From the NCBI GenBank assembly GCA_964583985.1, contig CAZOYD010000004.1:18809-82808 (forward strand): a stretch of 64,000 nt of DNA. The letters are read 5' to 3'. The notes below the pieces were generated by a model. That model was given only the letters and a program-made list of their open reading frames with translations. It was not told where the DNA came from and did not search any database. Below, piece after piece: positions 19,542 to 30,063 of the stretch; the first letter of the stretch is position 1; each line of letters opens with the position of its first letter. The DNA comes from an uncultured archaeon (lineage in GTDB: Archaea; Asgardarchaeota; Lokiarchaeia; Sigyniarchaeales; SOKP01). Position numbers and translations under genes: made by a program.

Positions 19542-20680
19542 TATTCTAACATCTCCAAATATGCTTCAATTCGAGTCGATAATTGGCCTCTATTGGATCC
19601 AGAATAATCTCTTTCTAAATTTAACACTTTAATCCCATCTAATTGTAATTTTTCTTTAAAATATGATGAAAGCATTGAAAAATGATCGCAAAATTTAATG
19701 ATATGATTTATCACCCCTAAGTTTTTACCCGTTTTCTTTTTATAGGAATTATTTATTTTTACAAGTTGTGCAATTTTGTTATCCAAGAAATCAGGAACGG
19801 AATGATCGCTAAGGATGTTCTTTTTATATCTCTGAACGAATAAATCATATGGACTGAGACTTGAATTCAATTCCTCCTTACTAAAAACCTGTGAAAAGTA
19901 GTGATTTCCTATCCACGTATCAAAGAAAACCACATTTCCGCCAGCATCCTCAATCAAATCAACTAAGTAATCACTTATGAATATCGAGCAACCAGTTAAT
20001 ATCACATTTTTTAACGTATCCACTTGATGAATTTGTTTATCTCGATTATTTTCTATGAAATCTGTAAGTTTTTTATGATAAGAAGGTCCAAACAGCATCG
20101 CTTCTTGGATGATGCGTAATTTCTTTGAACCGATTAAATTTAAGGAATTTAATTCGAGTAATTTCTGTTTAAACTTATTAAATTTATTTATACTTTCGTA
20201 TAGTTTATCATCAGTTAGTTTAGATTTTATAATATCTTCAAGTTGTCGCTTGAAATCTTCTAATTCTAATCTGAAATATTTTTCACTATTCTCATTTTTT
20301 GTATAAGTCACATAAAAGTTTAATCGTGGAATATTGAAATATTTTGTAATTATTTCTGACCCACAAATATCAGAAACGCAGTGATTCGATACGATAAAGT
20401 AGTCGACTAACTCTAAAAATCGATATTTAGAAGGTTTATTCGCAAAAAGACCAATACATGATTGAGTAAAAGCACATGTAGACGGAGGCAAATAATCATG
20501 GCTAGCATTCATTAACTCCTCATTACCACCAAACATCATTCTTAAGGGAAAAATACCACAAGCATCCATCATCTCTTCAGGAATATTATCATGAGCCAAA
20601 AATGCAGCAATTTTAACACCACTTTGTTTTTTTTCTCGTAAGAATTGTGAAAAATCAGATAAAAGATTCGGAATATCCAT
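19541..20680 (-). CDS. 2-hydroxyacyl-CoA dehydratase / benzoyl-CoA reductase subunit family (HGD-D) protein
   Basis: 379 aa. DACGIFPLRM, PSTCAFTQSCIG and KFCDHFS are typical of HGD-D subunits. Lies directly downstream of the activase. Confidence 0.7.
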   Translation of the reverse strand: MDIPNLLSDFSQFLREKKQSGVKIAAFLAHDNIPEEMMDACGIFPLRMMFGGNEELMNASHDYLPPSTCAFTQSCIGLFANKPSKYRFLELVDYFIVSNHCVSDICGSEIITKYFNIPRLNFYVTYTKNENSEKYFRLELEDFKRQLEDIIKSKLTDDKLYESINKFNKFKQKLLELNSLNLIGSKKLRIIQEAMLFGPSYHKKLTDFIENNRDKQIHQVDTLKNVILTGCSIFISDYLVDLIEDAGGNVVFFDTWIGNHYFSQVFSKEELNSSLSPYDLFVQRYKKNILSDHSVPDFLDNKIAQLVKINNSYKKKTGKNLGVINHIIKFCDHFSMLSSYFKEKLQLDGIKVLNLERDYSGSNRGQLSTRIEAYLEMLE

Positions 20681-20789
20681 CGTTAACTAGCCATCTAATT
20701 TAAATATTAATCAAGAAAAACTTAATTCTTTATAAAATTTTACCCATCATAAATATAAACAAATGTATTAAAAAAGGTTATAAAAAATC

Positions 20790-21572
20790 CTATTTAGCGC
20801 CAATATTTTCTTGAGCAATTAAAGCTGCTCCAATTGCTCCAGTTAATTGGGGAAATTCCGGTATGACAATCTCATATCCAAGTTCTTCTTCTAAATATTT
20901 TTTAACTGCACTATTTAAAGCTACACCTCCACAAAATACGAGTTGAGGCTCAACTCCGATCCTCTTTGCCATTCCTGCTACTCTTTTTGCAATTGACTTA
21001 TGGATTCCACTCGCAATATCTTCTTTTGAAGCACCTCTAGCAAATAAGCTAATTACTTCACTTTCAGCAAATACAGTACAAGTTGAACTAATAGATGCTG
21101 GATTATTTGATTTTAAAGCCAGTGAACCAAATTGCTCAATAGGAACCTCTAATGCATGAGCCATAACTTCAAGGAAACGTCCGGTTCCTGCAGCGCACTT
21201 ATCATTCATTTGAAAGTCAATAACTTTACTTGTCTTTGAAGAAATTAATATAGCTTTGCTATCCTGACCTCCAATATCGATTACAGAACGAGCTTCAGGA
21301 AAAAAGTATTGTATCCCTTTAGCATGAGCCGTGATTTCAGTAACTCTATCATCAGCGATATCAATTGTATTTCTACCGTATCCAGTGCTCATAACATATA
21401 CATCAGATCTTTTAAGATTATGTTTGATTAGAATATCATCAAATAATTCATGCCCTATTTTTTTAAAATTATAGGTTGAACGTTCAGTACGATGATCAGC
21501 CAACTTGCCTTCAATAATCAAGGCAATTTTTGTGGCAAGACTTCCTATATCGATTCCAATAAAAATGTCCAT
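20790..21572 (-). CDS. CoA-substrate-specific enzyme activase (BcrAD/BadFG/HgdC-type ATPase)
   Basis: 260 aa. IGIDIGSLATK, IDIGGQDSK, MNDKCAAGTGRFLEVMA, CTVFAESEV, FCGGVALN. Confidence 0.9.
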   Translation of the reverse strand: MDIFIGIDIGSLATKIALIIEGKLADHRTERSTYNFKKIGHELFDDILIKHNLKRSDVYVMSTGYGRNTIDIADDRVTEITAHAKGIQYFFPEARSVIDIGGQDSKAILISSKTSKVIDFQMNDKCAAGTGRFLEVMAHALEVPIEQFGSLALKSNNPASISSTCTVFAESEVISLFARGASKEDIASGIHKSIAKRVAGMAKRIGVEPQLVFCGGVALNSAVKKYLEEELGYEIVIPEFPQLTGAIGAALIAQENIGAK

Positions 21573-21661
21573 TTTGTGTTCTCTTAAGTGGCTTGTATAG
21601 ACAAAAATAGTCCAGAAAATATTAAATTTGCGATGTTATGACATGAAGGTTAAAATATAAA

Positions 21662-22426
21662 TTAAATACCTAATAAGATGGATACTAGAAGGGTTACAAC
21701 ACCAGCGGTAATTAAATGAATCGAATATTTAATTTTTCCCCCTCCAGAGATATTTCCAAGAAAAATTCCCAGATATATAAGGAGACCTGCTAATATGGTA
21801 TAAGAAAATAAGAAGTGAAACAAGGTTAATGTTGTGCCAAAAAAGAATGGAATCAAGGGGAGTGATGATCCCAACACGGGTGCGAATCCATCAACCAAGG
21901 AAGCAATCCATGTAGCAAAGTCCTCAGCTTGTTGGATAATCGATTTTTCTTTCTTTTTCTTCTTAATATTACTAGATAATATCTCTTTTTTGAGTGATAA
22001 CTTTTTTTTTAATGGAACTACCATTGCTTTTTGTATGGCAACTAATTCCTCTTCGGTTAGTGAATCTTCTTCATTAGATAACTGATTAATTTCATCTTCT
22101 AATATGACCATGTCTTTTCTTAAATCTGCCATTTTTTTCTTCCTCTCTGCTTCTTCAGAGAGAAAAGCTCCCCATAATCCACTAATTCCAATAGCTAACG
22201 CAGTTGCAAATCCATAAATAATCACCGTACTTGGAGTGTTTTTTACTCCTACAGGTGGATCAAGAAATACTATAAAAAGCCCACTGACAATTCCTGCACA
22301 AGTAAGAGCACCATCAAAACAATTATTGAAAAATTTTCGACGAGCTATTATGCCCAGATCGGACATGGTTGCGTATTTTTTCCATTTTTTTATTAGATCT
22401 TTGAATGCCATTCTTTTATTAAACAC
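21662..22426 (-). CDS. VIT1/CCC1-like membrane protein (putative Fe/Mn transporter family)
   Basis: 254 aa. RRKFFNNCFDGALTCAGIVSG, a central Glu-rich cytosolic helical insert, three C-terminal TM helices. Confidence 0.5.
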   Translation of the reverse strand: MFNKRMAFKDLIKKWKKYATMSDLGIIARRKFFNNCFDGALTCAGIVSGLFIVFLDPPVGVKNTPSTVIIYGFATALAIGISGLWGAFLSEEAERKKKMADLRKDMVILEDEINQLSNEEDSLTEEELVAIQKAMVVPLKKKLSLKKEILSSNIKKKKKEKSIIQQAEDFATWIASLVDGFAPVLGSSLPLIPFFFGTTLTLFHFLFSYTILAGLLIYLGIFLGNISGGGKIKYSIHLITAGVVTLLVSILLGI

Positions 22427-22600
22427 CTAATCATGCGGAAAAATTGAGTGAAACGTTTCCTATTAAATTAACAAAATTATATCAATTTATATTTTTTTTG
22501 AATAAATTTTTTATTTTGAAAACTGATGATTTTTATTTACTTAATCATATATTATTCATAGATATAATTCATTGATTAATATAAGTATAGGGATTAATAA

Positions 22601-23236
22601 ATGGCAATAAACAGAAAAATAAAAGAAGAAATAATTTCTTTACTCATTGATCATTCGCGGATTATTTATAATGTAATTAGTGATATGGCGGTATATTATA
22701 ATTTTTGGAGTGAAGATCAAGGAAAGGCTCTGGAAAAGAAAAGGAATAAAATGAAGCTACTTGAAGAAGAAGCAGATGAGATAAAAATTCAAATAATACA
22801 AGATTATTCTGAAGTTGGAGCGGGTTATGGTGATTATATTGATTTAATTCTCCGGATGGACAATGTAATTAATTATCCATTAGAATTTGTCGATATGCTA
22901 CCTAAAATACAACTAGATCAAAAAATCAAGAAAGAAGTCAGCAGTAGATATCATAAACTAATTAATATCATAATTCAGATGACTGATGTCTTAAAAACCA
23001 CCATAAAGAATTTAAGAGATAATAAAGCAATAGTATTCAATAATACAACAGAGATACATGAATTAGAAAATGAAATTGATTCAATCTATAGACAATTCTT
23101 AGAATATTTGTATTCAAATGAAGAAATTAATATTAGATCCTTGTTGAGATTGAGAGATAGTATCGTTTTATTGGAACAATTAGCAGATCGGATACATGAT
23201 ATAGCTGATCTCATTCGAGTTTTATTGTACCATTGA
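22601..23236 (+). CDS. DUF47 / PhoU-like helical protein
   Basis: 211 aa. Helical-bundle pattern with EEEADEIK in the first half and LADRIHDIADLI near the C-terminus. Confidence 0.5.
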   Translation: MAINRKIKEEIISLLIDHSRIIYNVISDMAVYYNFWSEDQGKALEKKRNKMKLLEEEADEIKIQIIQDYSEVGAGYGDYIDLILRMDNVINYPLEFVDMLPKIQLDQKIKKEVSSRYHKLINIIIQMTDVLKTTIKNLRDNKAIVFNNTTEIHELENEIDSIYRQFLEYLYSNEEINIRSLLRLRDSIVLLEQLADRIHDIADLIRVLLYH

Positions 23237-23361
23237 GTTAATATTATTAATCTCGTGAAAACAAATTAAATCTTTGACTATTTTTAGTTAAATTTTTACG
23301 CAATTCAACTTATATTAAAAATAAAAATAAAAAAAAAATTTTCAACTTAAGTGATAATTTT

Positions 23362-23724
23362 ATGAATGGCAAGCAAAAATTTTTTGCACTACTAGGATTA
23401 TTGCAAATCGTTTTGATTTTTACAGTGTTTTTTTCAGTTGATGGTTTGGTTGGTTTTGTGTCTGCACAAACCACAAATTTTGATTATTATAACTCATCGA
23501 CAAGTTTTGGTTTAGCAATTGGTGCAGGCATCTCTGTGGGTATGGGCGTCATAGGAAGCGGTATGGCATTAAAAACTGTTGGAACTGCCGCTATTGCTAC
23601 ATTATCGGAACGAGAGGAATCATTCTTTAAAGCATTTTTAGTTGTTGCGCTAGCTGAAGCATTAGCTATTTACGGTTTGATCGTTGCAATGCTATTGTGG
23701 AATAAAATACCCAACCCCGCATAA
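23362..23724 (+). CDS. atpK: A/V-type ATPase proteolipid subunit K (c) with N-terminal hydrophobic extension
   Basis: 120 aa. Gly-rich helix GAGISVGMGVIGSGMA and carboxylate helix VVALAEALAIYGLIVAML. First gene of the ATPase operon. Confidence 0.85.
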   Translation: MNGKQKFFALLGLLQIVLIFTVFFSVDGLVGFVSAQTTNFDYYNSSTSFGLAIGAGISVGMGVIGSGMALKTVGTAAIATLSEREESFFKAFLVVALAEALAIYGLIVAMLLWNKIPNPA

Positions 23725-23766
23725 ATTTAACTGACTATTATCATAAGGAATTTTGGTGATTTTTTC

Positions 23767-24819
23767 ACGAGTGTAATAATACCTTCTTACGCATATACAT
23801 ATGTAAAAATTGGTTTTCTAAAGCAATTAATCATTGATGATGTTTCGCTTACTAAATTAAAAACATTTTCAAATATTCAAGAATTTATTGAATTTATTCA
23901 ACCATATTATCCAGAAATTAATATTAAAAAATATAGTATAATTGAGATTGAAAAGTCGTTATTTCATACTTTTATTAAACTCATTGGAAAAATATTAATT
24001 ATTTCGCCTGAGAGTATGAGGCGATTCTTATCTGATTATCTATTGAAATTTGAAATTGCTAACATTAAACAAGTGATTATGGGGGTAATAACTGGAGTAA
24101 GCAGTAAAGAACTATCAAAAGATATCAATTTCCTCGTTGAAGAATTTCTTGAACATGAAGAATTTATGAATCGTTTAATTGAACTAACTTCATTGGATGA
24201 GATTCAATTATATATGTCTAAAACTAGATATTATAAAGCAATTCGAGAAGGCATTCTTTATTTTAATAATAATAGTGAAATATTTGTAATGGAAGCATTC
24301 TTAGACCAAATTTATTATAATAACTTACTTGAGCGAGAAAAATCCTATGATAAAAAAGAAAAAATGATGATAAGTTCATACATACACCAATTGACTGAAA
24401 TTTATAATTTACGAATGATTTCAAGAGGAATCATTAATAACATTGATAAAGATTTGCTAGTACAATTCTTGGTCAATGCATATTTTTTTTTAGACGGAGA
24501 AAAAATGAATATCTTATTAAATCTTAATAATATTGATGATTTTTTTCTGCAAATTGAAAAATTTCTTAAAAATACACCAAAATTAAAGGGATTACAAATC
24601 CCGATAATAATCAATAAAAATCACTTTATATGGTCTCTTGGAGCAATTTATCAGAATTATTTTTTCAAAAAATATAAACTAAAAATTGATGATATTGAAG
24701 ATTCAACAATTTATCGAATTTTAGAAATCATAATTAAAAAAGATAAAGAAATTAAATTTAATATTATGCCAAATATAATTCGAATTATCCACGATAAGTA
24801 CGAGAGGTTAGAAGAATAG
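23767..24819 (+). CDS. atpC: A/V-type ATPase subunit C (V-type d-like); 5' end uncertain
   Basis: The first canonical start is ATG 24016 (267 aa, too short for this family). The frame is open from 23731, and the upstream translation (PSYAYTYVKIGFLK..., IQEFIEFIQPYYPE) looks like the AtpC N-terminus. There is no ATG/GTG/TTG in that stretch. GGTGAT lies at 23755-23760. The start coordinate given is approximate. Confidence 0.7.
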   Translation, partial: TSVIIPSYAYTYVKIGFLKQLIIDDVSLTKLKTFSNIQEFIEFIQPYYPEINIKKYSIIEIEKSLFHTFIKLIGKILIISPESMRRFLSDYLLKFEIANIKQVIMGVITGVSSKELSKDINFLVEEFLEHEEFMNRLIELTSLDEIQLYMSKTRYYKAIREGILYFNNNSEIFVMEAFLDQIYYNNLLEREKSYDKKEKMMISSYIHQLTEIYNLRMISRGIINNIDKDLLVQFLVNAYFFLDGEKMNILLNLNNIDDFFLQIEKFLKNTPKLKGLQIPIIINKNHFIWSLGAIYQNYFFKKYKLKIDDIEDSTIYRILEIIIKKDKEIKFNIMPNIIRIIHDKYERLEE

Positions 24820-24820
24820 C

Positions 24821-25138
24821 ATGGAAATATTTAAATGGGCTAAAGATATAGAAAAAATATATATAGAATTAATAGAAAAAAGTAAAAAAGAGAATTTGGA
24901 AGAAATTCAATCATTTAGAGCCGAACAAGAGCAAATTTTAGCGGATTCAATTCAAGAGAGACAAAATCTGGTGAAAAGTGTTTTACAAACTCTTTCTGAA
25001 GATATTGAGAAAGAAGTCTCTTCATTTAAAGAAAAAGTCTCTAAAGCTATAGGCAATATTGTGAAAAAATATGAAATAACTAAACCACAAATTCTTGAAA
25101 AAGCAATTCAACAGTTAGGACTTGATCTAAATGCCTGA
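24821..25138 (+). CDS. atpH: A/V-type ATPase peripheral-stalk subunit H (V-type G-like), tentative
   Basis: 105-aa charged coiled-coil protein between atpC and atpF. Called from size, composition and position only. Confidence 0.45.
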   Translation: MEIFKWAKDIEKIYIELIEKSKKENLEEIQSFRAEQEQILADSIQERQNLVKSVLQTLSEDIEKEVSSFKEKVSKAIGNIVKKYEITKPQILEKAIQQLGLDLNA

Positions 25139-25454
25139 GCAAAAAATTATTGTCATAGGAGACGATGAAATTATAATCCTTCTAAGATTATTTGGTATAG
25201 AGGGAATTTCTATGAAAGATGATGGAGAATTCATTAAAAAATTTGAATCCCTTACTCTTAATGATGAAATTGGCATGATTATTATTGCCCTCGACTTGTC
25301 AGAAGAAAATTCGCGTTATTTGATAGATTTTAAAACCAATAAACATTCTCCATTTATTTTATATTTACCAGATATGTTTAAAGAAGATCTCGATAGGGAT
25401 GTATTATTTAAAGAATTATTTAAAACCATAAATAAAATTACAAGTCAAGGGTGA
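25131..25454 (+). CDS. atpF: A/V-type ATPase subunit F
   Basis: 107 aa. N-terminal IIVIGDDEIIILLRLFGIEG. Start overlaps the atpH stop. Confidence 0.75.
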   Translation: MPEQKIIVIGDDEIIILLRLFGIEGISMKDDGEFIKKFESLTLNDEIGMIIIALDLSEENSRYLIDFKTNKHSPFILYLPDMFKEDLDRDVLFKELFKTINKITSQG

Positions 25455-26186
25455 ATGAGCATTTCTGAGCACAATGAGTTAAAGGAACAATTTGGTCGGT
25501 TAGGAGTTAATTTAATTAATACCGCTAAAAAACAAATTAAAGAATTGAATCAAAACACACTTTTTCAGAAATCTCAAATTAAAAAAAATCTCCTAAAAAG
25601 GAACAATGAAAACTCTCTTAAGACAAAAACTCATTTTATTGAAACTTATGTTCAATTATTAAATAATGCATTAGCATCCACTTTATTGAAGACCAAACAA
25701 GACGTTCTCGAAATTAAAAATACACTCTTGAATGAATTATCATTAGATTTGATAAAGCGAATCGAATCAAATATCGATAGTAATTATGAGAATTATGTCA
25801 TATATTTAATAAATGAATTAAAAAAATTTGCTCAAACGATTAAATCTTCCCATAACGTAGCCATACTTTTAAATGAGAGAGATTACAAGTTTTTTTCTAA
25901 GAATTCTCACAAAATAAAAGACTTGTTCAAAACTCAAATTACCCTGCAGATCACAGACGAACCTTTTATAGGGGGATTTAAAGCATATATCGTTAATGAA
26001 AATATCTCCTATGATGTTAAGATTGAAAGTTATATTTTAAAACAATCCCTATTAATTGAGAGCGCGTTTTCTGAGCAATTCTCTGAAAAAGACATTACTG
26101 AATTGATCCAAAATTTTGAAAATTTCATATCTAATAAAAAAGATAGTATTGAGGCGAATTTGAAAGAATATGACAGAATTGGATGA
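25455..26186 (+). CDS. atpE: A/V-type ATPase subunit E
   Basis: 243 aa. Long N-terminal helix and a C-terminal globular part with IGGFKAYIVNENISYDVKIES. TGAATG junction with atpF. Confidence 0.65.
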   Translation: MSISEHNELKEQFGRLGVNLINTAKKQIKELNQNTLFQKSQIKKNLLKRNNENSLKTKTHFIETYVQLLNNALASTLLKTKQDVLEIKNTLLNELSLDLIKRIESNIDSNYENYVIYLINELKKFAQTIKSSHNVAILLNERDYKFFSKNSHKIKDLFKTQITLQITDEPFIGGFKAYIVNENISYDVKIESYILKQSLLIESAFSEQFSEKDITELIQNFENFISNKKDSIEANLKEYDRIG

Positions 26187-28011
26187 GACTATACAGACGG
26201 GATTTATTTCTGCTATTAATGGGACTCTAATAGAGATAAAAGGATTAGAAAGGTTTGTTAAACTACATGAGTTAATCAAGATATCTAATCATAATATCCT
26301 TGGTGAAGTAATTCAAATATATTCTAACCATGTAGTGGCGCAGTGTTATGAAAACACGAATAATTTGCGCCTAAATGAGAGCGTCATAAGTTTACAAGAA
26401 CCATTATCAATGGAATTGGCTCCAGGATTATTATCAAATATTTTTGATGGTATTCAGAGACCATTAAAAGAAATTTATGAAGGATTTGGACAATCTGGCT
26501 TTTTAAAACGTGGTATTGAAGTGCCTTCATTATCTAGAACAAGGAAATGGCATTTTAAGCCACAAAAAAAAATAGGTGATGAACTTTTTCCTGGAGATGT
26601 GATAGGTGAAGTTCAAGAAACTACTTTAATCTCTCATAAGATAATGATACCTCATAAAATTTCAGGAAAAATTGTAAGTATTGTTAAAGAAGGAGATTAT
26701 ACTATTTCTGATGAGATATATGTCATTAAAACCAAAGATAAAGAAGAAAGCATGAAAATGCTTCAAAAATGGCCAGTGACTGATAGTCGACCTTTTAAAG
26801 CAAGATTAAAACCCAAAAGACCATTATTGACAGGTTTAAGAGTTATAGATCTTCTCTTTCCAATCGCAAAAGGAGGAACTGTTGCTGTACCTGGTGGATT
26901 TGGCACTGGAAAGACGGTCATTCAGCAATCCATAGCTAAGTGGTGTAATGCTGATATTATCGTATTTATTGGATGTGGTGAGAGAGGTAATGAAATAGCC
27001 GATGTATTAAAAGAATTTGGGACCTTGATTGATCCTCAAAGCGGAAAACCCTTATTAGAACGAATAGTTTTAATAGCGAATACCTCTAATATGCCTGTAT
27101 CTGCTAGAGAAGCAAGTATTTTTTCGGGTGTAACAATCGCAGAATATTATAGAGATATGGGATATGATGTGGCAGTGTTAGCAGACAGTACTTCACGATG
27201 GGCTGAATCCTTGAGAGAAATTTCAGGATTATTAGAAGAAATGCCCGCAGAAGAGGGATATCCTGCTTATCTTCCAACAAAATTATCAAAATTTTACGAA
27301 CGCGCAGGAGCAGTAAAACTCATTGGCTTAACAGGGGTAGGAGAAGAGAAGATTGGGTCAATTTCAATAATAGGCTCTGTAAGTCCTCCTTCAGGTGATT
27401 TTTCAGAGCCTGTAACCTCTACAAGTAAACGTTTTGTTCAGGCATTTTGGGCATTAGATGCAAATTTAGCATATTCGAAGCATTATCCCGCTATAAATTG
27501 GTTTGATTCTTATTCAAATTATCCTGAATATCTTGCTGATTGGTGGTCCAAAAAAGATATTAATTGGCCAGAGATTGATTATAATTGGTATCAATGTAGA
27601 AGTGAAGTAAATGAAATTCTATCCAAAGAAAATGAATTACTTAATATTATTCAACTAATTGGAGAAGAAAATCTTCCTGAAATAAAAAAACTGGATATTT
27701 TTATAGGTAAAATGATTAGAGAGAGCTTTTTAATTCAAAATGCATTTGATAAAATTGATGCTTTTACTAATGCTGAAAAACTACTCTCTCAAATTAAGTT
27801 AATATTATTACTGCATAATGAAAGTAAGGATTTAATACAACAAGGATTTATTATCGATGATATAAAATCATTAGCTGTTATTGATGAAATTATGAGACTT
27901 AGTTTATCCATCCCGAATCAAGAATTCTTAAAAATTCTTAATATCAAGAATCAATTAATAAGAGAAATTGAATCTTTAAAATTAATCTCTAGAGTTCGAA
28001 GAAAAACATGA
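26170..28011 (+). CDS. atpA: A/V-type ATPase catalytic subunit A
   Basis: 613 aa. Walker [32 protein letters not shown]-like [15 protein letters not shown], Walker B region. Confidence 0.97.
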   Translation: MTELDETIQTGFISAINGTLIEIKGLERFVKLHELIKISNHNILGEVIQIYSNHVVAQCYENTNNLRLNESVISLQEPLSMELAPGLLSNIFDGIQRPLKEIYEGFGQSGFLKRGIEVPSLSRTRKWHFKPQKKIGDELFPGDVIGEVQETTLISHKIMIPHKISGKIVSIVKEGDYTISDEIYVIKTKDKEESMKMLQKWPVTDSRPFKARLKPKRPLLTGLRVIDLLFPIAKGGTVAVPGGFGTGKTVIQQSIAKWCNADIIVFIGCGERGNEIADVLKEFGTLIDPQSGKPLLERIVLIANTSNMPVSAREASIFSGVTIAEYYRDMGYDVAVLADSTSRWAESLREISGLLEEMPAEEGYPAYLPTKLSKFYERAGAVKLIGLTGVGEEKIGSISIIGSVSPPSGDFSEPVTSTSKRFVQAFWALDANLAYSKHYPAINWFDSYSNYPEYLADWWSKKDINWPEIDYNWYQCRSEVNEILSKENELLNIIQLIGEENLPEIKKLDIFIGKMIRESFLIQNAFDKIDAFTNAEKLLSQIKLILLLHNESKDLIQQGFIIDDIKSLAVIDEIMRLSLSIPNQEFLKILNIKNQLIREIESLKLISRVRRKT

Positions 28012-29396
28012 GTGTTATATATAAAAAAATTCAACAAATTATCGGTCCCCTATTGTTCCTGAAAAATGAACACAATCTACAATACGGAGAAATTGTAAAA
28101 ATAAGAACAAAAGAATCCGATGAAAAAATTGGACAAGTTGTCAGAATGAATGAAGAGAGTATTATTATAGAAGTGTTTGAAACTACTCAAGGGATTTCTT
28201 CTGAAAATGCTCAAATAGTATTTACTGAGGATACTTTTAAAATAAAAATTTCTGATACTGATATGTTTGGCCATACGTTCAATTCTTTAGGTTTCCCAAT
28301 TGAAATTGAAACAAAAAGCACTTTGGATGTGGATTTGGTATCTGATGTTGAAAAATATATTTATGGCTTTCCGATTAATCCCTTTGCGAGAGAATACCCT
28401 TCAAGTGTCATTCAAACTGGAGTTTCTGTCATTGATGGGTTATTCACACTAATTCGTGGTCAAAAACTCCCTATATTTAGCGGACAAGGGCTCCCTCATA
28501 ATAAATTGGCTACACAAATCGTTTCTCAAGCTCGAGTATTAACAGGTGAACCTTTTTTGATAATTTTCTGTGGAATCGGAATTATTGAGGATGAAGCTAT
28601 AAGTTTTATAAATAGTTTCCAAAAAAGTGGGAATATTCAAAACATCATTTCTTTCATAAATTTCGCTTCTGATCCAATAATGGAAAGATTAATAATACCC
28701 CGAGTAGCATTAACAACGGCAGAATACTTCGCTTTTGAAAAAGATATGCATGTATTGGTAATTTTGATTGATATGACCAATTATGCTGAAGCATTAAGAG
28801 AATTAAGCTCTGTTAAAGAAGAAATTCCTAGTAGAAAAGGATATCCTGGATATCTTTACTCAGATTTCGCTTCTCTATATGAACGTACTGGAAAATTAAA
28901 AGGAAAAAAAGGATCTATCACTCAAATACCGATTTTAACGATGCCAAATGATGATATCTCACATCCAATTCCAGATACAACTGGTTATATTACTGAAGGG
29001 CAGCTCGTTTTAAGTAGGAAATTACATAAAATTGGAATTTATCCTCCATTTGAAGTACTATCTTCTATTTCACGTCTAATGAAAGATGCGATAGGGAAAG
29101 ATACCACTAGAGAAGACCATGCTGACGTAAGTTCTCAATTATTATCCTCTTATTCAAGTGCCCTTGAAACAAGAGATTTGCTTTCAATTGTAGGAGAAGA
29201 TGGTTTGAATTTCGATCAAAAAAATCTTTTAGAGTATGGTGATGCTTTTGAACAACAATTTTTAAACCAAAAAGTAGATGAAAATAGAGATTTCTTGAAA
29301 ACTCTCACTATTGCTTGGGAAACTCTTAGCATCTTGCCCCGAAATCAACTTTACCGGATTCATCAAAAATATATAGATAAATATTATATTGGATAG
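28008..29396 (+). CDS. atpB: A/V-type ATPase subunit B
   Basis: 462 aa. ATGA overlap with atp[47 protein letters not shown]. Confidence 0.95.
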   Translation: MSVIYKKIQQIIGPLLFLKNEHNLQYGEIVKIRTKESDEKIGQVVRMNEESIIIEVFETTQGISSENAQIVFTEDTFKIKISDTDMFGHTFNSLGFPIEIETKSTLDVDLVSDVEKYIYGFPINPFAREYPSSVIQTGVSVIDGLFTLIRGQKLPIFSGQGLPHNKLATQIVSQARVLTGEPFLIIFCGIGIIEDEAISFINSFQKSGNIQNIISFINFASDPIMERLIIPRVALTTAEYFAFEKDMHVLVILIDMTNYAEALRELSSVKEEIPSRKGYPGYLYSDFASLYERTGKLKGKKGSITQIPILTMPNDDISHPIPDTTGYITEGQLVLSRKLHKIGIYPPFEVLSSISRLMKDAIGKDTTREDHADVSSQLLSSYSSALETRDLLSIVGEDGLNFDQKNLLEYGDAFEQQFLNQKVDENRDFLKTLTIAWETLSILPRNQLYRIHQKYIDKYYIG

Positions 29397-29405
29397 GTGA
29401 TTTGT

Positions 29406-30062
29406 ATGAGTTTTAGATCGATTAAACCCACAAAAACGAATTTAATGAATTTGCAAAAAAAATTAAAATTTGCAATCAGAGGAGAAAAATTTTTAGAATT
29501 GAAAAGAGAACAGTTAATAAATCAGATTAAATATCATTGGGATGAATATAAGAAAATTAGAGATTCATTTTACCAATTATACCGCGAATCATTGATTAAA
29601 TTACACCAAGCTTACAAGGAAATGGGAAAAAGAGATTTGGTATTAATTAGCAAAATGAGCAGTATTCAATATAAACCTGTTGTAAATATTCGACAGGTAA
29701 AAAAGCTTGGCATGATAATATCAGAAATAAATTTTAATTTAGATATGAATAATAAGCTTCCTGCTTATAGTTTTGAGAATTCGAGCCATTTCCTTGATAT
29801 GTTAATTCTTAAAGGGCGGGAATTTTTTGATGCTTTAATAAAATTTGCTGAACAAGAAGATATTTTAATAAGTTATGCATCAAACTTCAAAAGAATTGAT
29901 CGAAGGATAAATGGATTAAAAAATAATATCATTCCTTCCTTTACATTAGATATTAAAATAATTCGGGAGATGATAGAAGAAATCGACCGAGAAAGTTTTG
30001 TAAGATTAAAAAAAACTAAAGATTTGATACAAAAAAAGAAAATTAAAATGGTTGGGGGATAA
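29406..30062 (+). CDS. atpD: A/V-type ATPase subunit D
   Basis: ORF 29397..30062. ATG 29406 lies 4 nt after GGTGAT (29396-29401). N-terminus IKPTKTNLMNLQKKLKFAIRGEKFLELKREQL is typical. Confidence 0.85.
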   Translation: MSFRSIKPTKTNLMNLQKKLKFAIRGEKFLELKREQLINQIKYHWDEYKKIRDSFYQLYRESLIKLHQAYKEMGKRDLVLISKMSSIQYKPVVNIRQVKKLGMIISEINFNLDMNNKLPAYSFENSSHFLDMLILKGREFFDALIKFAEQEDILISYASNFKRIDRRINGLKNNIIPSFTLDIKIIREMIEEIDRESFVRLKKTKDLIQKKKIKMVGG

Positions 30063-30063
30063 T

